Positions 19,839 to 29,503 of a stretch of 64,000 nt of DNA are shown here, piece after piece. Below the pieces are notes generated by a model. The model saw only the letters and a list, made by a program, of their open reading frames with translations, had not been told where the DNA came from and searched no databases. The stretch lies in assembly GCA_964608265.1 (NCBI GenBank), contig CAZSNP010000016.1, positions 5,566 to 69,565 on the forward strand. The letters are read 5' to 3'. Made by a program: the position numbers and the translations under genes. How positions within the stretch are numbered: position 1 is the stretch's first letter; every line of letters starts with the position of its first letter. This DNA is from an uncultured Anaerolineales bacterium (GTDB lineage: Bacteria > Chloroflexota > Anaerolineae > Anaerolineales > UBA6663).

Positions 19839-20591
19839 ATGCAATTTCCACCTAGTTTCCAATCGCAACGTGTGCAGTTGTTTGTAACGTGCATTGTGGA
19901 CTCGCTCTATCCACACGTGGGCCGCGCCACGGTGGAGGTCCTGGAGCGCCTTGGCCTCGAGGTGGCTTTTCCCGAGGCGCAGACTTGCTGCGCCCAGCCA
20001 GCCTACAACGGCGGCTTTCGCGACGAGGCGCGCCAGGTGGCGCTGCGCTTTCTGGATGTCTTCGAGCCGACCGCGCCAGACCCGGTTGTGTGCCCGTCCG
20101 GCTCATGCGCGGCGATGGTCGTGCACGGCTACGCGGATCTGTTTCACGACGACCCGAAGACTCGTCGGCGCGTCGAAGCGATCGCCGCCCGCACCTTCGA
20201 GTTCTCGCAATTCCTCGTGGAAGTGCTCGGCGTCACCGATGTGCACGCGCACTTCACCCGCAAGCTGACCTATCACCCGTCTTGCCACCTCACACGACTG
20301 CTGCGCGTCACCGCAGCGCCGCGAACGCTGCTCGCCAACGTGCGGGGTGCGGAGTGCGTGCTGCTGCCCGGCGCGGAGGAATGTTGCGGCTTTGGCGGGC
20401 TGTTCTCGGTGAAGCACGGTGAACTTTCCGGAGCAATCCTCGACAAAAAGATCGAGAACATTCAGGCCACCGGCGCTGAGGCCCTGGTGGGCTGCGACAT
20501 GAGCTGCCTGATGCACATGCAGGGCGGCCTCAGCCGCGACGGCGCGCCCATCGAGTGCCTGCACCTGGCCGAAGTGTTGAACCAACTTTGA
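19839..20591 (+). CDS. LutA/YkgE-family Fe-S (CCG domain) oxidoreductase subunit
   Basis: VQLFVTCIVD, QTCCAQP, PSGSC, YHPSCH, ECCGFGG.FS, DMSCLMHM. Start uncertain (19821-19839). Confidence 0.88.
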   Translation: MQFPPSFQSQRVQLFVTCIVDSLYPHVGRATVEVLERLGLEVAFPEAQTCCAQPAYNGGFRDEARQVALRFLDVFEPTAPDPVVCPSGSCAAMVVHGYADLFHDDPKTRRRVEAIAARTFEFSQFLVEVLGVTDVHAHFTRKLTYHPSCHLTRLLRVTAAPRTLLANVRGAECVLLPGAEECCGFGGLFSVKHGELSGAILDKKIENIQATGAEALVGCDMSCLMHMQGGLSRDGAPIECLHLAEVLNQL

Positions 20592-20655
20592 AAGTTGTCA
20601 GGTTGAAGCTTCAACTTGCAACCTCTCCACCAAACTCGTGACACAAGGACTCTTC

Positions 20656-22458
20656 ATGACCAACTCCATCCCCGCGCGCAGCGCCATTGCCAGGGAGCAT
20701 ACGTGGAATGCCGAGAGCGTCTTCGCCTCGGTCGAAGCCTGGGAGGCGGAGTTGAAGTCCGTCCTCGCCGCCATCCCTGCCGTGAGGCGCCACGAAGGAA
20801 CGTTGAGCGGCGGCGCGCCCGTCGTCGCCGAGGCCATGGAAGCCGCCAACGCCCTGCGCCGGCGCGCCGATACGGTCGGCATGTATGCGACGATGCATTA
20901 CTTCACCGATACGGCCAACGGTGCAGCGGCCGAACGCCGCGGTCAGGCGCTGGGCGCCGTCGCGCAAGTCTACGCGGCGACGGCCTTCATCGTCCCCGAG
21001 CTGATCGCGATCGGCGAGGCTACGCTGACCGAGTGGATGAAGGCGGAGCCGCGACTGACGGAGTATGGCCATTACTTCCACGACTTGTTCCGCCAGCAGG
21101 CGCATGTGCGCTCCGCCGAAGTCGAGGAACTGCTGGGCTTGCTCGCTGATCCGTTCGTCAGCGTGAGCATGACGGCCAGCATGCTCACCGACGCCGACAT
21201 GCAATTCCAGCCGGGCCGCAACGCCGGCGGCGAACCGGTCGAGGTCGCCCAGGGCTCGATTGACGACATCCTCGCCGGGCCCGACCGCGAGGCGCGGCGC
21301 ACCGCATGGGAGAGCTACACCGACGAGTTCCTCGCGCACAAACACACCTTCGCCAACAACCTCGCCACCTCCATCATCCAAAACGTCTTTCAGATGCGGG
21401 CGCGCCGCCATCCCACCACGCTCGAGGCGTCGCTCTTCAACAACAACATCCCCGTCGAGGTCTTCCACAACCTCATCGCCACCTTCAAGAAAAACCTGCC
21501 GACCTGGCACCGCTACTGGCGCATCCGTCGCAAGGCGCTCGGCGTCGAGACGCTGCACCCGTACGACATCTGGGCGCCGTTGACCAAAGCGCGCCCGCAC
21601 GTGCCCTACGAAACGGCGGTGGCCTGGATCTGTGACGGTATGGCCCCGCTCGGTTCCGAGTATGTGGAGACGGTGCGTCGCGGCTGCCTCGAGCAGCGCT
21701 GGGTGGATAAGTACCCAAACCAAGGCAAGTTCTCGGGTGCGTTTTCCAGCGGCGTGCAGGGCACACATCCCTTCATCGTCATGACGTACACCGACGACAT
21801 CTTCAGCCTGAGCACGCTCGCGCACGAGCTGGGCCACTCGATGCATTCGTATTATTCGTGGCGCACGCAGCCGTACGTGTACTCGGGCTACTCGCTCTTC
21901 GTGGCCGAGGTGGCCTCGAACTTCAATCAGGCCATGGTGCGGGCGCATCTGCTCAGGAACAATCCGCAGCGCGACTTTCAGATCAGCGTCATCGAAGAGG
22001 CGATGAACAACATCCATCGCTACTTCTTCATCATGCCCACCCTGGCGCGCTTCGAACTGGAGTGCCACGAGCGCGTGGAGCGCGGGCAGGGGCTGAACGC
22101 CGAGGGCATGATCGGCCTGATGGCTGACCTGTTCGCCGAGGCGTACGGCGGTGAAGTCAACGTGGATCGGGAGCGGGTCGGCATCACCTGGGCGATGTTC
22201 AGCCACCTGTACGCCGACTACTATGTGTATCAATACGCCACCGGCATCTCCGGCGCGATGGCTCTGAGCAAACGCATCCTGGCCGGCGAGCCGGGCGCGG
22301 CCGAGGCCTACATCGAGTTTCTCAGAACGGGCAGTTCGCTTTACCCGCTGGATGCACTCCGGCGCGCGGGCGTTGACCTCAGCACCCCGGCCCCGGTCGA
22401 GACCGCCTTCGGGGTCTTAGCCGGATTGGTGGATCAATTGGAATCGCTGGTCGGTTGA
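20656..22458 (+). CDS. pepF: Oligoendopeptidase F (M3B)
   Basis: EHTWNAESVF, GKFSGAFS, zinc motif TLAHELGHSMHS, FVAEVAS, YVYQYATG. Confidence 0.95.
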   Translation: MTNSIPARSAIAREHTWNAESVFASVEAWEAELKSVLAAIPAVRRHEGTLSGGAPVVAEAMEAANALRRRADTVGMYATMHYFTDTANGAAAERRGQALGAVAQVYAATAFIVPELIAIGEATLTEWMKAEPRLTEYGHYFHDLFRQQAHVRSAEVEELLGLLADPFVSVSMTASMLTDADMQFQPGRNAGGEPVEVAQGSIDDILAGPDREARRTAWESYTDEFLAHKHTFANNLATSIIQNVFQMRARRHPTTLEASLFNNNIPVEVFHNLIATFKKNLPTWHRYWRIRRKALGVETLHPYDIWAPLTKARPHVPYETAVAWICDGMAPLGSEYVETVRRGCLEQRWVDKYPNQGKFSGAFSSGVQGTHPFIVMTYTDDIFSLSTLAHELGHSMHSYYSWRTQPYVYSGYSLFVAEVASNFNQAMVRAHLLRNNPQRDFQISVIEEAMNNIHRYFFIMPTLARFELECHERVERGQGLNAEGMIGLMADLFAEAYGGEVNVDRERVGITWAMFSHLYADYYVYQYATGISGAMALSKRILAGEPGAAEAYIEFLRTGSSLYPLDALRRAGVDLSTPAPVETAFGVLAGLVDQLESLVG

Positions 22459-22484
22459 TGCCGGTCGTGTGTGGTCCGCCGCCG

Positions 22485-23644
22485 CTACCCATCACGCAGA
22501 GCGGAGAGTGTTACTGCTTCCGGCGCGGCCGCCGGGCGCGGCGCGCGCCACCACGCCAGCGCGATGGCGAGCGCAATGACGCCGAGGCTGATTTGAAACG
22601 GCAGCGTCGGGCTTTGAGCGTATAGCACACCGGCCACCAGCGGGCCGACCATCATCGCCGCTGAAGCCACCGTCTCCGAAAGGCCAAAGGCCACCCCCGT
22701 CTCGGCCTCGCCCACCAGTTGCCCGGTCTGCGCCGACACCATCGCATGCCCAAGTGAATAGCCCGCGCGGAGCAGATAGGCCACTGCCAGGCCGGGCCAG
22801 CCCGGCAGGGTGAGCAGCGCCGCCATGCAGACGGCGGCGATGACAAGCGCGATGAGGAGGCCCGGGCGCGGCGCGCGATGGCCCATGACGGCATTGGTCA
22901 GCACGATGCCGAGCGAGCCGAGGGAGCCGAGCAACCCGACCGAGGCCACGTCGAAGCCGCGCACCTCCTGGGCGAAGGTCGGCATCAGGGGCAGGCCGAT
23001 CTGAATCGCCAGCAGCGCGACGAAGCCGACGAGCAAGTAACCGAGAAGGCACGGTTGCGGAGGAGCGGCCCGTAGCGCCACTCGCCGTGCGCGGCGTGGG
23101 TGATGGGTTGCGGCTTGAGGCAACCGATCGCCACCGCCGACAGGGTGAACAAAAAGAACGCCGCGCCGAACGTATATCGCAGCCCGAACGTCTGCCCCAT
23201 CCAGCCGCCGAGGCTGGGCGAGAAAATCGTGCCGGCCCAGAATCCCGAGTACACCAGAGTCAGCGCGCGTTGCAGGCTCTGCCCGCCGCGCGCCTCCGCG
23301 ACGTAGGCGTTGATGGGGGTGACGACGAAGATGGTCGAGGAATACAGGGCCAGCGCGATGACGAACAGCGTGAGGCTGTTGGCGGCGAACATCAACAGCC
23401 CGGCCGCCACGGCCATCAACCAGCCGCCGAGGATGACGCGCTTGCGGCCATAGTGATCGGCCAGGTAACCGGCGGGCAGGTGCGCGAACGCCCCGGTCAG
23501 CGCGGCGATGGAAAGCGCGCTGCCCGTCGCCACCGGGTCGGCGCCGAGCTCGCGCAGGTACAGCGGCTCGATGTACAGGAACAGCCCCTCCCCGAATCCC
23601 CACAACAGCAGCGCGAGGGCGAGGAGTCTGTTGTCGCGCGTCAT
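22485..23644 (-). pseudogene. MFS transporter split by a one-base frameshift near 23045 (pseudogene or sequencing error)
   Basis: The N-half (23644 to about 23046) has motif A GYLADHYGRKR; the C-half (GYLLVGFVALL...) is in another frame. Adding one C (GCC TTC [C]TC GGT TAC) restores ...RNRAFLGYLLV... and a 386-aa protein. Confidence 0.85.
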
Positions 23645-24402
23645 GGGGCGGCCGGCGAGTGCGCGCGCACGAAATCGCGGATGCGGCTGAAGAGTTGCGG
23701 GGTTTCGTCATCCAGCGTGACGACATGGCCGCTGCGCTGCAGCCAGAACATCTCGCGCTCGGCCCCGCTCAGCCGCTGATGGAGATAGGGCATGTTCTCG
23801 CCGGGGATGAAGTCATCGCCGTGCGAGTGGATGAGCAACACCGGCGCGGTGATGTTGGGGAGCAGGGCGTCGGTGTCCTTGAGCAGCGCGTAAAACTGGC
23901 CGACCGCGGCGGTGGGGAAGACGGGGTACGAGCCGGTATAGGCCCGGCCATGATCCACATCGGCCTTCATCACGTAACGAAAGATGGAACTGTACAGCCC
24001 GGCGAAACGGGGGCGCCAGCCCGACGCCGCGTAGAAGGGCAGGCCGGGGGCGCTCATCGTCACCACACCGGCAAACGGGTACTGCGCCGCCAGACGCAGA
24101 GTCAGCACGCCGCCCATTGACAGCCCCATCACAAAGATGCGCTCACATACCCCGCGCAGCAAGTGATAGCCGTCGAGCGCGGCGGCAACCCAATCGCGCC
24201 AGTGACCCCGGTTCATATCTTCGGCCTGGGTGCCGTGGTGGGCGAGGCGCACTGCGTGCACCGTGAGGCCGTCCGAGTGCAGGACGGCGGCCAGCGGGCG
24301 CAGGTCGCTCGTCGCGCCGGTGAAGCCATGCAGCAACAGCGCGCCGGTTGCGCCGCCGCGCAGAAAGAAGGGTTCACTGCCGGGTCGAAGGGAATCAGGC
24401 AT
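23641..24402 (-). CDS. Carboxylesterase, alpha/beta hydrolase (Est/YvaK type)
   Basis: LLLHGFTG, nucleophile elbow GLSMGG, catalytic Asp (HGDDF) and His (SGHV). Confidence 0.92.
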   Translation of the reverse strand: MPDSLRPGSEPFFLRGGATGALLLHGFTGATSDLRPLAAVLHSDGLTVHAVRLAHHGTQAEDMNRGHWRDWVAAALDGYHLLRGVCERIFVMGLSMGGVLTLRLAAQYPFAGVVTMSAPGLPFYAASGWRPRFAGLYSSIFRYVMKADVDHGRAYTGSYPVFPTAAVGQFYALLKDTDALLPNITAPVLLIHSHGDDFIPGENMPYLHQRLSGAEREMFWLQRSGHVVTLDDETPQLFSRIRDFVRAHSPAAP

Positions 24403-24563
24403 AGGGTGTCCGGGAAGGCCAAGAGATTTTGGCAGCGGATTGTGTATCCGGGCCTCCCCTTCTCTCAGCGGGCCAAGGGGAAGGGGATGAGGGAGGGCCG
24501 AGCGAATTCACACGCGGCTGGTCGCTTCATCCGTTGCCAGGCGCCTATGATAAACTAAATTTC

Positions 24564-25145
24564 ATGCCCCGGAGAATCCACGGCCTGATCGCGCGCGTGA
24601 TGGTCGCGCGCGACCCAGGCTCACTCGTCTCCACCTCGATCCCGCAGACGGCTGTGACTTTCGAAGGCTTCGACGGCGACAAGCACGCCGGTTTCACGCG
24701 CGGCGCCGACGGCCGCACGCCGCACTATCCGCGCGGCACGCGAATACGCAATGACCGGCAGGTCTCGCTCGTCTCGGTTGAAGACCTGGCGCAGATCGCC
24801 TCCGGGTTGGGCGTGCCCGTCGTCGAGCCGGAATGGTTGGGCGCGAATCTGCTTGTGAGCGGCCTGCCGCGCTTCACGCTGCTGCCGCCGGCCACGCGAC
24901 TGTTCTTCGCTGAAGGAGTTGTGCTCGCGGTCTCCGGCGAGAATGAGCCGTGCCTCGGGCCGGGCAGGGTGATGGCCCAACACTATCCGCAACTCACCGC
25001 CTCGCGATTCCCAAAGGCGGCCCGGCATCGGCGCGGCGTGGTGGCCGTGGTCGAGAAGCCCGGCGTCATTCACGCGGGCGAGGCCGTCATCGCCCACCTC
25101 CCCGACGTTGCGTCCTATCCCCTCGCGAACGAGACCGCCGCATGA
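24564..25145 (+). CDS. MOSC-domain protein
   Basis: GFDGDKHAG, RQVSLVS, LGANLLVSG, NEPC, RRGVVAVVEKPGVIHAG. Start placed at ATG 24564. Confidence 0.88.
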   Translation: MPRRIHGLIARVMVARDPGSLVSTSIPQTAVTFEGFDGDKHAGFTRGADGRTPHYPRGTRIRNDRQVSLVSVEDLAQIASGLGVPVVEPEWLGANLLVSGLPRFTLLPPATRLFFAEGVVLAVSGENEPCLGPGRVMAQHYPQLTASRFPKAARHRRGVVAVVEKPGVIHAGEAVIAHLPDVASYPLANETAA

Positions 25146-25681
25146 CTCAGGTCGGACACAGCCTGGTGGGGCTGGCCGTCGGCGTGATGGTTGCGCCTCG
25201 GCAGCTTTCGTGGCGAGGGCGGTTGGTTTACGGCGCAACGTTCGCCGCCCTCGCCAACTTGCCCGACCTGCCCGCGCCGAATTGGGGCCACGACCGCTAC
25301 CACATCAGCCATAGCCTGTTCGTCAATGCCCTCCTCATCACGTTGATCTGGGCCGCGCTCGGATGGCACGCCGGGCTGCGGGGGCGCCTCGGCGGTTGGG
25401 CGGTGGCCGTGGGCGGCGGGCTGGCGTGGCTCAGCCACCTGCCGCTCGACTCGTTCTACAATCACGGCCTCGGCGTCGCCATCTTCTGGCCGCTCTCCGA
25501 CGCGAGCCTGGTGCTACCGATAACGTGGTTTTCGACCGTGCCCTCGCCGCCGCCGTTCACGCCGGCCCATTGGCAGGAGTACGCCGCCGAGTTCGCGAGC
25601 TACGCGCCCGCCGTGCTGCTGGCCTGGGCCGTGCGACGGCGGGAGTTTATCAAACTGTTCGGGTGGGTTGAAGCGGCATGA
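25142..25681 (+). CDS. Membrane-bound metal-dependent hydrolase (YbcI/YdjM-like)
   Basis: VGHSL, ANLPDL, HISHSL, SHLPLD and G..IFWP motifs; ATGA overlap with the MOSC gene. Confidence 0.85.
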   Translation: MTQVGHSLVGLAVGVMVAPRQLSWRGRLVYGATFAALANLPDLPAPNWGHDRYHISHSLFVNALLITLIWAALGWHAGLRGRLGGWAVAVGGGLAWLSHLPLDSFYNHGLGVAIFWPLSDASLVLPITWFSTVPSPPPFTPAHWQEYAAEFASYAPAVLLAWAVRRREFIKLFGWVEAA

Positions 25682-26556
25682 CGACTTACGGCGCGCAGAC
25701 GATGGTAGGTGAGTTGAAGGGCGTGATCGTCAAGCGTCCGGCGGAGGCCTTTCACGATCAGGCCGCCATCGGCGCGCAGTGGCGGGCGCTCAACTATCTC
25801 GGTGAGCCGGATTTTGGTGCGGCTTCCGGGCAACACGCCCAACTCGTCGAATTGCTCAGCCGCAACGGAACCGAGGTCGTGTACCTCCCGCAGGCCGAAG
25901 GCACCGGCCTCGACTCGGTGTATGTGCACGATGCGGCCATCGTGTGCGCGCGCGGCGCGATCCTGTGTAACATGGGCAAGCCGCAGCGGCGCGGCGAGCC
26001 GGCGGCGCTTGGCGCATTCTTGCGCAGCCTCGGCCTCCCGGTGCTCGGGCAGATCGGCGGGGAAGGGTTGCTCGAGGGCGGTGATGTGTTGTGGGTGGAT
26101 GAGCGAACGGTCGCGGTGGCTGAGGGCTACCGCAGCAACGCGGCGGGCATCCGCCAACTGCGCGCGCTGCTCGGCGATCTGGTGGACGACGTCCGCGCCG
26201 TTCCGCTGCCGCACTGGACGGGGCCGGCGGACTGCCTGCATCTGCAATCGGTCATCAGCCTGCTCGACCACAAACTCGCGCTGGTGTACTCACGCCTCAT
26301 GCCCGTTCCCTTCCGGCAATATCTTCTGGCGCGCGGCTTCAGCCTCATCGAAGTGCCGGATAGTGAGTACGACTCGATGGCGTGCAATGTGTTGGCCGTC
26401 GCGCCGCGCCGGGTGATCGCGGTGGCCGGCAACCCGATCACCCGGTCGCGGATGGAGGCCGCCGGCGTGGCCGTGATGACGTACGCCGGGAGCGACATCT
26501 CCATCAAGGGCGCGGGCGGCCCGACCTGTTTGACGCGGCCATTCTGGCGGGGCTGA
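25678..26556 (+). CDS. Amidinotransferase / dimethylarginine dimethylaminohydrolase-like protein (pentein fold)
   Basis: DSVYVHDAA, LEGGD, CLHLQS, and catalytic Cys in GGPTCLTRP. Confidence 0.9.
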   Translation: MTTYGAQTMVGELKGVIVKRPAEAFHDQAAIGAQWRALNYLGEPDFGAASGQHAQLVELLSRNGTEVVYLPQAEGTGLDSVYVHDAAIVCARGAILCNMGKPQRRGEPAALGAFLRSLGLPVLGQIGGEGLLEGGDVLWVDERTVAVAEGYRSNAAGIRQLRALLGDLVDDVRAVPLPHWTGPADCLHLQSVISLLDHKLALVYSRLMPVPFRQYLLARGFSLIEVPDSEYDSMACNVLAVAPRRVIAVAGNPITRSRMEAAGVAVMTYAGSDISIKGAGGPTCLTRPFWRG

Positions 26557-26619
26557 AACCTCGGCGCTTTCGCCTGCCGGCCCAGCGCCTCCAGCCCGGC
26601 CCTCTCGGGTTGACCGGGG

Positions 26620-27252
26620 TCAGTCGCGCGGACGAAAGAGGGCGCGCCATTCGGTGGCGACGACGACCGCCAGCCCGGCCAGGGTGAGTGGCCAGCCCCA
26701 GCCAATGGGCCACGGCGCACGCAGCAGCCCGGCGGCGACGGGCAGCAGCGACCACAGCGCCCACAGGCTGTAGCCGATACCGATGACCGCCAGCACGATT
26801 TGCGCGAGGCTGCTCAACCAGTCCGGCGCGATGAAAGCCAGCCCGGTGCCGGCGACGACGGCGCAAGCGACAAAAAACTGAGCCTGAAATTCCGGGTCGC
26901 CGTACGCGGTGAGGAGGTACGGATAGTACGGGAAAACCGCTGCCACGCTCAAACCGGCGCAACCGAGCAAGACCCATCCCCACGCTGAATCCGGCCAGAG
27001 GGCGAGGGCCGGGCGGCGCTTGGCAATGCGCGATTGGGCTGAGGCCAGCGCGAACAGCAGCGCGAGGCATGCCGCGGGGATGAGGAACGACAACCGGTTG
27101 AACGGCACCTCGCCGAGTTGCACCGCCGGCATGAACGTCACCCACTCCGACAACTCGTAGGCGTTAAGTTGCAGCGCGACAGCCGGGAGCGCCAGCCACG
27201 GCATCCAGTAGCCGAGGAGGGCGGCGAGGAGGGCAAAGTGTCGTGGACGCAT
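26620..27252 (-). CDS. Hypothetical multi-pass membrane protein
   Basis: About six hydrophobic segments; in line with the minus-strand gene run. Confidence 0.75.
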   Translation of the reverse strand: MRPRHFALLAALLGYWMPWLALPAVALQLNAYELSEWVTFMPAVQLGEVPFNRLSFLIPAACLALLFALASAQSRIAKRRPALALWPDSAWGWVLLGCAGLSVAAVFPYYPYLLTAYGDPEFQAQFFVACAVVAGTGLAFIAPDWLSSLAQIVLAVIGIGYSLWALWSLLPVAAGLLRAPWPIGWGWPLTLAGLAVVVATEWRALFRPRD

Positions 27253-27304
27253 GAAGGAGGCCGGCGAGCAGGGTGCAAGAGAGCGGCATACCGCTCCCCT
27301 GCAT

Positions 27305-28447
27305 CTATTGCGGGATCAGGTCGTCCAACACCCGCTGTATCTCCTTCTCCTCCGTCCCCTGCGTCACGAAGTAGTCGGCCATGAAGGCGGAGCGGCGCAA
27401 GCGCACGGCCATCGGCGCGACGGCGCGCACATCGGCCAGGCCGGCTTCGGTGCGTCCGTCGGCGGCGGCCAGCGCGCGCGCGGCCTCGAACAGCGTGATC
27501 TCGGCGCGGAGCGAATCGACCTCCATTGTGCGCACCATCTCCAGCCCGGCGTGTTCGGCGTCGGGGGTGAGGCTGACCTTTGGCAACAGATTCCGGGCCG
27601 TTTGAATCTCGTCGCGCATCGTGATGGTCTCAGCCGCGTATGCGGCCGACATGAGGCGGGCATTGGTGAAGTAGGCGCGCGTGCGACGGTAGGCCTCGAG
27701 CCGATCGTTTTGATCCTCCAGGCCATGCACGATCAACCGCAAGCCGAAGCGATCCATGATCTGCGGCCGGAGCCGTCCCTCTTCCGGATTCATCGAGCCG
27801 ATGAGGACGAAACGCGAACGATACGTGGCTGAGAGCGGGCCGCGCCGCACCGTGTAGACTCCCTGCGCCGAAGCGTCGAGGATGGCGTCCACGATTTCAT
27901 CCGGCAGCAGATTGACCTCGTCGATGTATAACAGATTTTGGTCGGCGCGGGCCAGGATGCCGGGGCGGATTTGCATGCGGCGGTGCGCGGCGGACGCCTC
28001 GTCCAGCCCGCCGACCACATCTTCGATGCGGGCATTGAGCGGCAACTCCACCAGCTTGACGGGATCCACATACGTGAGCGGCTGCCCTTCGCCATACTTC
28101 TTCGCGCAATCGGGGCAGACGGCGTCGATGCCGCCGGTCTCGATGTCCTCGGGCAGGCAACCGTACTGGCACAGCGAGCGATTGACGAAGGGCAACAGGT
28201 CGGCCAGCGAACGCACGGCCGTGGTCTTGCCGGTGCCGCGCGGCCCGACGAGCAACACACCGCTGATGGACGGGTTGATGAGGGCCAGCAGCAGCGCCGT
28301 CTTCATCTCGCGCTGCCCGACGAGGGCGAGGAACGGGAAGCGCAGATCCTCGGCCAGACCCCGATCACCGGGCGTGACGGCGTCGAGGAAGCGTTTGCCG
28401 GAGACTTGCTCGACGAGCTGCTGCAGGGAGGAAAGTGGTTCGGGCAT
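27305..28447 (-). CDS. AAA+ ATPase, magnesium-chelatase subunit I (ChlI/BchI)-like
   Basis: FPFLALVGQ.EMK.AL, GPRGTGKTT, PGILARADQNLLYIDEVNLL, GSMNPEEGRLRPQIMDRFG. Confidence 0.9.
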   Translation of the reverse strand: MPEPLSSLQQLVEQVSGKRFLDAVTPGDRGLAEDLRFPFLALVGQREMKTALLLALINPSISGVLLVGPRGTGKTTAVRSLADLLPFVNRSLCQYGCLPEDIETGGIDAVCPDCAKKYGEGQPLTYVDPVKLVELPLNARIEDVVGGLDEASAAHRRMQIRPGILARADQNLLYIDEVNLLPDEIVDAILDASAQGVYTVRRGPLSATYRSRFVLIGSMNPEEGRLRPQIMDRFGLRLIVHGLEDQNDRLEAYRRTRAYFTNARLMSAAYAAETITMRDEIQTARNLLPKVSLTPDAEHAGLEMVRTMEVDSLRAEITLFEAARALAAADGRTEAGLADVRAVAPMAVRLRRSAFMADYFVTQGTEEKEIQRVLDDLIPQ

Positions 28448-28454
28448 TGGGTGG

Positions 28455-28498
28455 GCCGGGGAGCATGGGGCTGGGGAGCAACGCCCATGCTCCCCGGC
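28455..28498. repeat. Perfect 15-bp inverted repeat (GGGGAGC-type palindrome)
   Basis: GCCGGGGAGCATGGG (28455-28469) and CCCATGCTCCCCGGC (28484-28498), with another GGGGAGCA in the loop. Confidence 0.8.
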
Positions 28499-28518
28499 AC
28501 CCCTACTCGCCGGCTGAT

Positions 28519-28995
28519 CTACGTCTGCGTCTTATGGCGTTGCGCCAGCCGATACGCCTGCCGCTCCCTGGCCGCCTCCCAGCGTTGGCGTTCGGCGTCG
28601 CTTTCGACGAGCAACGACGCGACCGGCGCCGGCTTGCCATGCTCATCCAGCGCGACGTAGACGAAGTAGGCGGTGTTGGTGTGCGTCGTCTCGCCGGTCA
28701 GCAGATTCTGCGCGCTCACCTCGATCTGCGTCTCGATGGATGTGCGCCCCACATACGTCAACTCCGCGTCGAGGGTGACCAGATCGCCGACTTGGATCGG
28801 CTCCTTGAACAACACCTGATCCACCGCGACGGTGACGACGGGCCGCTGGCTGTGGCGCATCGCCGCCGACGCGCCGGCCTCATCCATCAAACGCATAATG
28901 TAACCGCCGTGTACGTTACCGAGCATGTTCGCCTCGGCGGGCGGCATGAGCAACGAGAGAGTGACGCGCGAGGCGCTGACGGGTTTAGCCTCCAT
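28519..28995 (-). CDS. Acyl-CoA thioesterase (hotdog fold)
   Basis: ANMLGNVHGG, DEAG, VTVAVD, YVGRTSIE, AYFVYVALD. Confidence 0.92.
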   Translation of the reverse strand: MEAKPVSASRVTLSLLMPPAEANMLGNVHGGYIMRLMDEAGASAAMRHSQRPVVTVAVDQVLFKEPIQVGDLVTLDAELTYVGRTSIETQIEVSAQNLLTGETTHTNTAYFVYVALDEHGKPAPVASLLVESDAERQRWEAARERQAYRLAQRHKTQT

Positions 28996-29056
28996 AGCGA
29001 ATGGCCGATAGTTTAACCGATGTGCTGGCGCTCAGCCATTGGCGATCGGCCGTCCG

Positions 29057-29425
29057 CTAGTCGAGGTCTTTGGCGTCGGGGTCGGCGTCGAGGGTGTGCA
29101 GGCGCTCGGGCATGTCCTCGAGCACATCCACCGTGTCGTGATTGAGTTCGGACATCATCGGCGCCAGCGGCGCGTGCGGGGGCAGGGTGATCCGGACCGG
29201 GGGCCGGGCCGGCGGGGTGCGGCGCGGGCGGATGTCGTCCCAGGCGCGTTTGGCGAGCACGCGCATGTCGCGGCTGAGCACGCCGACGTACGCGCCGCTG
29301 ACCGAGTACACGTTGCAGTCCTCATCCACCCAGCCAATCCACTCCCCCAATTCATTGTACAGATAATGATCCACCAGCATGCCGGCCCAATGGCCGCGCG
29401 TCGTATACAGTGGGGTCTGTGCCAT
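29057..29425 (-). CDS. Small hypothetical protein with repeated G-x-W/Y-x-G beta motifs (4-fold beta-flower-like)
   Basis: LYTTRGHWAG, LYNELGEWIGW and VYSVSGAYVG repeats, then a Pro-rich tail. Start MAQTP is preceded by TATAAT. Confidence 0.7.
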   Translation of the reverse strand: MAQTPLYTTRGHWAGMLVDHYLYNELGEWIGWVDEDCNVYSVSGAYVGVLSRDMRVLAKRAWDDIRPRRTPPARPPVRITLPPHAPLAPMMSELNHDTVDVLEDMPERLHTLDADPDAKDLD

Positions 29426-29503
29426 GCCTCGCATTATAAGCACCCCGCGTGATGAACGGCGTGAAGATTAGGTTGGACTCAGTTTGCGAGCGGGTGGCGC
29501 GGG

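Noticed and set aside
27305-28447. Evidence of chlorophototrophy from the Mg-chelatase-like gene
   Set aside because: No other bch/chl or reaction-centre genes are in the window, and ChlI-like ATPases are common in non-phototrophs.
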